Source: a virus. From it: a stretch of DNA of 64,000 bases. Below the pieces are notes generated by a model. That model was given only the letters and a program-made list of their open reading frames with translations. It was not told the DNA's origin and did not search any database. The DNA is taken from positions 63,006 through 127,005 of IMG/VR virus record IMGVR_UViG_3300024581_003792; one strand, given 5' to 3'. Below are positions 15,601 to 24,000 of the stretch, piece after piece; the first letter of the stretch is position 1; each line of letters starts with the position of its first letter. The position numbers and the translations under genes were made by a program.

Positions 15601-17787
15601 TATGATATTGAAAAGCTGGAAAGTTTTATTTTTAAAATTGAAGACTATATTATCAATGTAGGTTTTTCTTTTATGGGAGATGCCTCAAATTATCAAAGAC
15701 CCATAACTGGAGGTCGTGTTGCCGATCTACCTAATCATTCTAAATCTTTTGATAAAATAAAAATATTTGAATCCCTAAATACATATGCTCCAGAATCATC
15801 CTCGGGAAAAAACATAACAGATACCTTAGTTGATTGCTTGGCTCAATTCTATAACAGTCCTAAAGCTGGAATAGTTGACAAAAGAATGCTATTCATAGTT
15901 AGTGATTTTAGCTTTGATAGTGATGAATACGACAAATCATTATCTATAATTAATAATCTTAAATTAGGTAATTCTTTAGCAAAAAGAAGACCACTAGATA
16001 GCACTCTTTCTATATTTGGAAATCTTGGTTATTCTATTAATAAAAGAATTAGTGATTATGGAGGATCTGAATCCTGGAGAGTAACTAACGATGAAGATGG
16101 AGAGCAGAAATGGTCAAACATTTATAATCCTGATTTTACTGGAGATTTTAATCCAGATAATTTTGACCCAGATGATTTGCCTTATGAAGACGGCTCTTCT
16201 AATCCAGTTTGGTATAACGAATCTATTGAAACTCTTTGCATACCAGTAGGACTGGGTAAAACTAATTCTGTCAATAGTAATATTGTAAAATATGCAAGTG
16301 ATTACAAAACAGAAAAAGGTTTTGATGATACTCAACTTTACTACAATATAAGTAGCGAAACTCCAGGAGGCCTAGAAGCGCATAGAGCAATCAATTTTTT
16401 TGGAGTAGTGAGCGGTCTGACTGATTTAGTTAGACTAAACAAGCAAGACGGAAAAATAAATATGTTCTCTGTGACAGTTAGCAACTGTGGGCCAAATCCT
16501 ATACAGCTAAAAAATACAATAGTAAGCTTTTCAAAAGAAGCCGGGCAAGCCGAATGGACAACCAAGTCTATGCAGTTCGGTATACCTAAAAATAATGATA
16601 TTCAAAATTTAGAATATATACCAAAATATATAGACAATGAGAATCCAATTGTTGGGCACGGGGGGCAATATGCACAAGACCCAAATAACCAAAAGTTTCT
16701 GAATGAATCCAGATCCAACATCCTTTGGCATAGTTTTAATAATAAATACGAAGTCTATAGAAAAGGAGAACTAGAAGAGATTAACGGCGGATGGAAACCG
16801 GATAAAGAATTGTTTTTTATATCTGATGAATCAGAAAGTATTATTGGGGGTGAAGATTTTATATTAGTTACCGATCCGATTAGGGTTGGTGATGTAAAAA
16901 CAAAAGGAGTATTAAATAATGGAATAGCAAAAAAAGGATTCAAATATAGATCATTTGAGTCTAATTCTGGAATAGAAATACATGATTACAATATAGTTAA
17001 TGTTTCTGAAGAAAATTCTTTTCATGGAGATTATTCTCATTTACCCGTACTACAGAGAGATGAATCTATTGATTTATTTTTTGCAATAAAATCAAATAAA
17101 GAAATAAACTTACAAGAAAGGGCTCAATTGTTTTTTTATGCAGAGGATCTAAAAAGAAAAACGCTTGATTGTTATGCTAATTTTGATTTTGAAATAAATG
17201 TATCCAAGACAGAAAAACCTATTGAGATTCCAAAAATTAAATTAGATAGATGCAAGGGTAGGGTTTTTGCAATTGCAATGTGCAATTCTAATGCAGCTAA
17301 AGACGACAATTTTGATTTATATTTAAACGATACATTAATCCATCAAGAATACAACGAAGATACAAATACTTGGGAGAGCAAAGAACCTGGCAACAGTCCT
17401 CCAACTTTCACTCTTGATAGAGATCAATACTTAGGCAATGTTATATTGGGAGTGAGTCCTTCGGATATAGCGGGTGCAGAAAGAACATTTAGAATATTGC
17501 AGGGTCAAACTGGGTTAAATTGCCCGCCAAGTTTATTGCCCGTCAAATATTTTGACCAAAACTTAATTAAATGGGGAGAAGATGGGCCTAATAAATTATT
17601 TATACAAAATGTAAAAACAAGTAATAATGGTAATTATGGACAATTAATATTTTTATCCTATAAAATAATAAGTGATGACGGAACTGATGTAGAGTTAGCA
17701 GAACCAAACTATATATCTTCTATAGAATATGCGGGAAGAACTGGCGCTAGCTTTGGCCCATATGAAGTAAGAATTGATAGCTGTTAA
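12637..17787 (+). CDS. Minor tail protein with two lambda gpM-like domains, a vWA-like domain and insertions
   Basis: Two gpM-type segments (F.W/HRPS...INS/Q...L/VTF..R.D.EA..I..FL..H...I.A.F) at about 13350-13740 and 14730-15085; IVFAIDVNTS...LFIVSD vWA-like pattern at about 15265-15910. Confidence 0.7.
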   Translation: MDIPTSDWAPEKSYKKHDIVRMRDLSTPYYIEKVEDKKVDLLLTLVDDCNNKIITDQSKKVELDVTEFSQFFERITVRETAEIEYGVKFRLDPRIGYSAKVMIRKASEESTLSDPNLTYFQIEDYGIDKSNSVGIGVGLKFYDKKMDAIDVVNHRKIQRAMASSELHHREWYKAQIDIHPNDIPQDAVFGSAFIFLYGYDTGGFEFRDVEVYNLNQFFYCTEDHISTTTNEPNYLRYWTQDFIWRPSYGSRSTFAAMNESMVLGEGSDYVNNLAINSLPLEIDLTFNNRTDQEARAIIHFLQEKHFPYESIFGLDYKGERLLSSDVQDFNFTYTFPYRKDLKYTCVDFSHSITYRNNNAISAKFICNTESSLKSVDSNSGYNQRLDAIFPVFVNEETFFEKGKIARLDSFPVEEFIGEEAQEKSEESQDDDDEKTVALTSLAEIETYEYDENGYPKAGVLYFREEQNLQVGNCLYIRPEWPENSVFSVGVCKVFKILSPKAFVFGIGQGYIEKITYTKEICPGLEWPLDEPIKEIFLDSRLQPNGDTHNVGPYDPITNDEDDPLEDDETLEKISRLSEERDAPVVIYKLGMCPEDCLSAQPILPPSIKDGVVPHKIINPVTGEERKRIIYLKNYRMLQMEADITPSSYALFVTPLSSFTLGPEDDTQVLIPAVEGRSSLYIEDPDLIPKYPWLQVRNFEHRPSLTFNLNNQPSHYKSEFVQYYNKKYKKSINQNMSTFTVVFDKRSDTEASEILQFLESHLGYKKFRFVMPRPYGTDTDPLTTQARPRNSTFYCPSWDHEIVYKNNHTITATFIESSTAIQEDLANPKGPCFGAHIYNPITQHETSTYSSVAYAYHQSGLEYEREKGYFLNIKPKLIEIVFAIDVNTSTLTQYLSVEGNSYSKYQLIRDSLLKLISGYADPVSSDLKFPSTYGFGKYNTPEISDTDSIPPWYSAGDPIDGVIPSLLEQNYEHDPAREKTTNETLLDQGYDIEKLESFIFKIEDYIINVGFSFMGDASNYQRPITGGRVADLPNHSKSFDKIKIFESLNTYAPESSSGKNITDTLVDCLAQFYNSPKAGIVDKRMLFIVSDFSFDSDEYDKSLSIINNLKLGNSLAKRRPLDSTLSIFGNLGYSINKRISDYGGSESWRVTNDEDGEQKWSNIYNPDFTGDFNPDNFDPDDLPYEDGSSNPVWYNESIETLCIPVGLGKTNSVNSNIVKYASDYKTEKGFDDTQLYYNISSETPGGLEAHRAINFFGVVSGLTDLVRLNKQDGKINMFSVTVSNCGPNPIQLKNTIVSFSKEAGQAEWTTKSMQFGIPKNNDIQNLEYIPKYIDNENPIVGHGGQYAQDPNNQKFLNESRSNILWHSFNNKYEVYRKGELEEINGGWKPDKELFFISDESESIIGGEDFILVTDPIRVGDVKTKGVLNNGIAKKGFKYRSFESNSGIEIHDYNIVNVSEENSFHGDYSHLPVLQRDESIDLFFAIKSNKEINLQERAQLFFYAEDLKRKTLDCYANFDFEINVSKTEKPIEIPKIKLDRCKGRVFAIAMCNSNAAKDDNFDLYLNDTLIHQEYNEDTNTWESKEPGNSPPTFTLDRDQYLGNVILGVSPSDIAGAERTFRILQGQTGLNCPPSLLPVKYFDQNLIKWGEDGPNKLFIQNVKTSNNGNYGQLIFLSYKIISDDGTDVELAEPNYISSIEYAGRTGASFGPYEVRIDSC

Positions 17788-19279
17788 TATGACTTTTATA
17801 AATCCAGATCAATATGATATCAAACTCAGCGAGTTTCATCCTGAGGATATTCTTTGTGGACCTTTGTCTAGTGAGGAAGATCCAGGAAAAACCGCAAACA
17901 CTGAGTCAGGATTAACAATAGAATTAGAGCCAAGCTGCGATCCTACTTTTGATTTTGATTGCAAAAAAATATGTAGAGAGACTACTGTTGAATCAGGAAG
18001 TTTTACTATATCTAATTCTTGCACAATGCCAATTACTATAACAGGGTTCAAAATGACTGACCCCGAAAGGTTTTCTCTTTTTAAATTTCCTGATTATACT
18101 GGAGTTAAAGTTTATCACTCTGGAATAGTAGAGCAGTTGCCGTTCACCCTAGAGCCAGACAAAAAAAAACAAATACATACCTTTTTTCATCCACTTTACG
18201 ATGAATTAATGAACGGAAAGGAAGGAACTATTTTGAATAGAACGGGTGATAAATTTGGTTCGTATGTAAAAATAAAACCAGGATTTCCAATATTAAACTG
18301 CGAAGACGGAGATGCTTGCAAGCCGACTATTATATTAACAGGAGAGTTTCTTGAAAAAGATAGACAAGAAATTACCTGGGGTGATAATAAAGATAATTTT
18401 GATCAAGACTTTAAAAAAGAATCCTTAGAAGGATTGAGGCTAGAGGAAATTAATAACGAATTTTTCTTGCAAAAGAAAACTAGTAGTTTCTTTACCATGG
18501 ATTCATCAAAAAAAATGAGAGAACAGTATATAGATTTTTTACAAGCTACTGTTGATTACGCGATTGAGCTCGAAGACAATTCGTGGTATAATAAATATGG
18601 AGATTATGGTATAACCGGATCACTTGGATTATTCAATGATTTAATAGAGTCAATCCTTAACACCACTGTATCAGCTAGCCTTGAGCAAGCAAATGAATCT
18701 GGCGGAAACATAAAAATAATTGCGAATCAATATCTTGGCACAGATGGAAATAATATTAATTTTGAATTAAAATATGGAGAGCCATCTAATGATGTATCTG
18801 CTTCCGCAACCAATATTACAGTATCAAGATCAGAGGCTGCTGGATCAGAAGTGGACACTTCTGTAGTAGTAGATCAAATAAATGATTATGTGGCTACAAA
18901 TAATTCTGATTTTGTACTATCTAGTGAGCTTGAAGGTTCTGACGGGAAAATACTAGCTTTTTCCAAAAAACTGTCAGGAGGAGGTGATGGTAGAACATAT
19001 ACCTTTAATGCAATAACTACTAGTGATTTTGAGAAAGAGTATCAGCAATTAGATGCTTTCTATAATAAAAAAATAGAATTTAGATCTCAATACAATCAGC
19101 CTAAGATAACACTAACCTATAATGGCAAAAATTACGATGGAATAATTGGCTATAATACGCCCATAAAAAACATTCCACTTATGTCTAATCAGGCAGTTTT
19201 TTACAGATTAGATGGAGCATCTTCAGAAATTTTTTTATGCGATGTAGGAGATTTTGAAAACGATATAATCAGAGAATAA
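17774..19279 (+). CDS. Virion protein with Ig-like (ASH-type) domain
   Basis: SFTISNSCTMPITITGF...LPFTLEP...FHP pattern; located in the tail module. Confidence 0.45.
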   Translation: MIAVNMTFINPDQYDIKLSEFHPEDILCGPLSSEEDPGKTANTESGLTIELEPSCDPTFDFDCKKICRETTVESGSFTISNSCTMPITITGFKMTDPERFSLFKFPDYTGVKVYHSGIVEQLPFTLEPDKKKQIHTFFHPLYDELMNGKEGTILNRTGDKFGSYVKIKPGFPILNCEDGDACKPTIILTGEFLEKDRQEITWGDNKDNFDQDFKKESLEGLRLEEINNEFFLQKKTSSFFTMDSSKKMREQYIDFLQATVDYAIELEDNSWYNKYGDYGITGSLGLFNDLIESILNTTVSASLEQANESGGNIKIIANQYLGTDGNNINFELKYGEPSNDVSASATNITVSRSEAAGSEVDTSVVVDQINDYVATNNSDFVLSSELEGSDGKILAFSKKLSGGGDGRTYTFNAITTSDFEKEYQQLDAFYNKKIEFRSQYNQPKITLTYNGKNYDGIIGYNTPIKNIPLMSNQAVFYRLDGASSEIFLCDVGDFENDIIRE

Positions 19280-19280
19280 C

Positions 19281-20318
19281 ATGAGAGATACCAAAGCATT
19301 TAATAAAGAAATCTTACAGATAGAACCTTCTACTGTTATCTGTTTATATAAAATTAACTTACGAGATCGGGGTCAGTATCTATTTCATGCTGGAGAAAAT
19401 GGATATAAAAATAGAATCATATTCAATGGCGAAAAATATGATTTTATGCCAATTAAGGTAGAAGGTTTTGACATTCACGGTGACGGAAAACTACCTAGAC
19501 CGAAGATGACTTTTTCAAATCATCAAGGTAATATATCTTTGCGCTTAGGAATATTTAAAGACTTTATAAATTATAAGGTTTCAAGAATTAAAACATTTGC
19601 AAAATATTTAGATCAAGAAAATTTTCCTAATAATATTAATCCTCATGGAGACTCTAATCCTGATGTTTCATTTACAGAAGATGTATTTTTTGTTAATGAA
19701 AAAATCGCCGAGAATGATCAGATTGTTGAGTTTGAATTAGTATCGCTATTGGAGCTGCAAAATGCAAGTATACCGTCTCGGACTATGTATTCTAATTATT
19801 GCTCATGGCAGTATAGGAGTAATATAGGTTGCGGGTACAGGGGTAAACCTATATCCGATGGAAAGAATAAGAGATTCGTGTCCAGTGGATACCACGGACA
19901 AATGGTTGGTCAGGAAACTTATTTCGGTCAAGATTATGACAATATTGAATTTGCTAAAAAAAGACCAGAAGATGATCAGTATGAGATTTGGGCAAGAACA
20001 GGAAGATATAATAAGGGTGACGTAGTTAGAGTTGAGGCATATGATGACGATAAAGATATTTATCCAGTAAATATATATGTATGTCTTTCTGACAACGTGA
20101 GATCAAATCCGGCTCTCGATAGGGAGAAATGGGTGCTTGATGATTGCGACAAAACTTTATGCGGATGTAGATTAAGGTTCGGAGAAAATGCAACTGGAGC
20201 GGGTGGTGGATCTAGAATGAACGCGCAAGATTTAGAGCAAGACATGCTTTGGACTGAAAGTGGCAATGGATTACCTTACGGAGGGTTTCCCGGTATTGAC
20301 CCTTATGAGTTTAAATAG
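19281..20318 (+). CDS. Lambda gpL-like tail tip protein (Fe-S cysteines)
   Basis: FHAG, PIKVEGF..G.GKLPRP, NYCSWQYRS..GCGY, DDCDKTLCGCRLRF, LPYGGFPG. Confidence 0.92.
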   Translation: MRDTKAFNKEILQIEPSTVICLYKINLRDRGQYLFHAGENGYKNRIIFNGEKYDFMPIKVEGFDIHGDGKLPRPKMTFSNHQGNISLRLGIFKDFINYKVSRIKTFAKYLDQENFPNNINPHGDSNPDVSFTEDVFFVNEKIAENDQIVEFELVSLLELQNASIPSRTMYSNYCSWQYRSNIGCGYRGKPISDGKNKRFVSSGYHGQMVGQETYFGQDYDNIEFAKKRPEDDQYEIWARTGRYNKGDVVRVEAYDDDKDIYPVNIYVCLSDNVRSNPALDREKWVLDDCDKTLCGCRLRFGENATGAGGGSRMNAQDLEQDMLWTESGNGLPYGGFPGIDPYEFK

Positions 20319-21030
20319 TTTTAATGAAGAGATAATTTCTTACTCTAAGGATAATAAAGCTGAAGAGATTTGCGGTTTTGTTTTACTTTGCCCCGATAAT
20401 TCTGTAGAAATTACAAAAGAAGTCAATGTCAACCCTGATCCTTCTAAATCCTTTTCTATATCACCCCAAAAATTTATAAACTATTCTATCAATAGAAAGA
20501 TATTGGGAATATATCATTCTCACCCTTTCTCTGATGAATCACCTTCGGCGCAGGACATTTTGTGCTCGGAAGAGAGTGGTATACCTTATTTGATATATAG
20601 TCTGCAAACCAATAAATTCTTTTTGTATTACCCTGAATCTTATGATCCTGCCGAATTAATTGGAAGACCCTATGTTAAAGGTTTTTATGAATGCACTTGC
20701 CTGTTGAAAGATTATTTCCTGACGAATTTAAATTTAAATATCACTAAATGGAACAAAAACTATTGGTTGACGGACTCAGACGACGAAGCTAATGATTTAT
20801 TAATTAATATATTAAATAATAACACAAAGAATATAGAAATAAAAGAAATAAAAGAGCATGATATATTAGTGTTTCAAATAAAAAATAACGGAAGAAAGCA
20901 TGTAGGTATTTATTTGGGTAATGATTACTTTATTCACCAGTGCGGTAATACGATATCAAGAAAGCAATTACTGGATAATAGATGGCAGTCAAAAATAAAA
21001 CGCGCATACAGACACCCTTCTTTAGTGTAA
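20305..21030 (+). CDS. Lambda gpK-like tail assembly protein (JAB/MPN + NlpC/P60)
   Basis: EEICG, HSHP...PS..D JAB motif; ECTCLLKDYF and HVGIYLG...IH NlpC motifs. ATG 20305 preferred to 20260 because of the smaller overlap. Confidence 0.9.
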   Translation: MSLNSFNEEIISYSKDNKAEEICGFVLLCPDNSVEITKEVNVNPDPSKSFSISPQKFINYSINRKILGIYHSHPFSDESPSAQDILCSEESGIPYLIYSLQTNKFFLYYPESYDPAELIGRPYVKGFYECTCLLKDYFLTNLNLNITKWNKNYWLTDSDDEANDLLINILNNNTKNIEIKEIKEHDILVFQIKNNGRKHVGIYLGNDYFIHQCGNTISRKQLLDNRWQSKIKRAYRHPSLV

Positions 21031-21048
21031 ATATATAACGGCAAAAGG

Positions 21049-24000
21049 ATGAAACAAGTTATTTTACATGGAGCCTTAGGTAAAAGGTTTGGAAAAAAAT
21101 GGGATCTCAATGTGAGTTCCCCGGGCGAAGCTATCGCAGCTCTTTTCGCAAACAATCCAGAGATAGAAAAATATTTAAATAAAAAACAGCAAGAAGGTGT
21201 TGTTTATGGAATTAAAAAATCTGGCGAACAGGATTTCACAGAAAACAAAGAGTTTCTATTGTCCACAGAAAAAGATTTACACGTTTTTCCAATAGCTCAG
21301 GGTAGCGGTGGATTTGCTGTTAGTTTGATTATGACTGCAATAACTACTGCGGCCAGCATGTATATATCGAAGAAAATGGCTGAAGCCATGGAAAGAGATG
21401 ATGAGACCTTAAAGGTTCAGACTAAATCATACATGTATAATGGGAAAGAGAATAGGTTTACCCAAGGTCAAAATGTGCCTTTGGGTTATGGAAAGCTCAA
21501 CATTGGAACAAATGTTGTCTCTGCATGCACGGTTAACTATGATTACAATTCAGAAACGGGGAAAATATTTAACTTTAGCAAGGGCTTATATAGCTTAATA
21601 CCTAATTACCATAAACATTATCGAGTTGATCTGGGCCCATTGTATTCCTGTTTTGCCCTGAATGTTTTTGATGGAAGCAGTAAGTACGCTTTTGTGGATC
21701 CTGCATTTCAGGAAATAGCAAAAAAAATATCTGATGGAGAATTTGGAGCCACTGATGGTCTGTATGGGGGGTTTGAATCTCTACGAAATCAGCAAGCAAG
21801 ATTTGTTACTATGCCTGAAAAGAAAGGAGATGCCATAGGCGGGTATTACTATTATACTTTTAATTATGCAAAAGGTGTTAACAAACAATTTCTTGGAAAC
21901 TTTGGGTCAAACGGTAATTGGTACCCAAATCCATTAAGTGATATAGAGGGAATGAGGTATGCAGTAACAGAAGCAAATGCCATTAAGAGCTCTTATGTTT
22001 GCCTGCAAAGTATTCCTGTTAAAGAAAATGATAATCAAGCTAAAATATTTTACCCAATAATGTTTAGTGAAGATCCTCTTGAATACCTTCATGGGGATCA
22101 AAGTACAGATAACCCAAGAAATGCATACCCAATACAAGTTGGAGAAAGATGGAGGGGTGCCTCAAAAGCTAACGGGGTAGGATGGTTCAAGCTAGAATCT
22201 ACATCCGTTTACAAATCAATCGACCTAGTATCCGAAGGCCCTGTAGATGGTTTTTCAAATAAAAATGGAGAACTAGCTGTATTTGATAGAGAGTATAAAG
22301 CTAATGAAGGCAATCCTGAGGATTTAAGAAATGCAAAAAATGATTATTTGCAAGGTGTTTTTCTTGATGGAACGCCAGTTAAAGAAATATCTTTTGAATC
22401 AGAATTAGAAGGAGGAATAGATTCATATAATATAAATGAATTTGATATAGATTTAGGGGTCAATAATGAGGGTCATATAGGTACGGAAGATCAATCCCTA
22501 CTAGAACCTCAATATTTATTTACATCATACACGAAGGATATAAACGGAGATTTATATGGACCAAGAACTATAGACTCAAAAACTCTTAAAAATTCAGTAC
22601 CTTCTACCCAATTTAGTGCATCCTCCACCTACGAAGAGGGAGACTATGTAGAACACGATGGAGAAATTTATCGTGTGCAGACCAGCTATAATGAAGCTTT
22701 TATTGAAAGCGGCGATTATACATACGATGCTGAAAACATGGAGAACAACTCTATTATTTATGTAGGTGAACCAGAGAGTGCAACTTTTTACAAAGCAGAT
22801 CAAGGCCTAAATGAATATAAACAATTTAGCGGAGAATATGTAACTGACACCGTACAGTACCAGGAAGGAGATAAGGTAAGGTGTAAAAAGTTTGACTATA
22901 CGATGGGTTACTACAAAATGGGAGTTAACTCTGATAAATTTCTGGGGACTCATAGTAAACAAAAAAATTACGACGGAAAGCAAGGCTATTTATTATTAAA
23001 AGAAAATACTAGGGGCGGACCAAATTCAAACTCAGATTTATATATTATCACAGGAAATGACGCGGGAGAAGGAAAAAGTCTAGCAGAATTCGCAAGCGGT
23101 TTGTCATATTACGAAGATGAGTTTTCAAATTATGCAAATGACCCAATGATTATTTTGCTAAATCCTGACAAGATTCCAGGAGTAGAAGATGGACAAGTTA
23201 AGGTAACTGAAACAACATTCGTTGATGTTCCTGAAGGTGGTGAAATACCCGAAGGGGGAGCGGTTAATGAAACTATTATAACTTTTGATTTTCCGCAAAA
23301 TGTCGTAGAATCTCAAATCGATATAACACCTGGTGGTACTGCAGACCTAGCAGAAGATTTATGGAATCAGATAACTATTAATGCTCCAGACGATATTACA
23401 GATGAAGCGGGTGAGCAGGTTGAATTATTTAAAAATGTTGATGAGTCTGATTTCGATGACATAAAGCTTAGGAGATTCAATGAGGAAAATTATTTATCAC
23501 ATACAATAATTAACCCTTTAGTGGAAGAAGCATATATAACTTTACAAGTTAATGAATTAGCGTATGTCTATCAGGGAGATGAAGTTGAGGTTGAGTATCA
23601 ACTCGGAAAACTCTGGACATTTTTGCTTGCAGCATTGAGTGTGTATCAAATTTTTAAAGGAGTACAAGAAGGAGTAACCCTTGGTGGTGCTGCGGCATCC
23701 CAGGGTACAATTGCTACTGCTGCTACTGGTACATGCGCAACACCGTTCCCTAATGTAGGGGCTTGTATGCTCGCAGGCGCTGTGGGATCGACAGAACCTG
23801 TTAAGGCTGCAGCTTTTATCGCAGGAGGTGTCGCATCTGGGGTTCTGGTTGGTGTACTTGGATTGATACTATCTTTTGTATTAGGCAGTCATAGGTTTAA
23901 GGTAGGTACAAAAGTAGAAAACTCAGGAGAACTTTGGCCCAACAAAGCAAGATTTAGAATAAAATATGGAAACGAAGGCGAGGTACTGTATTCTACTGAT

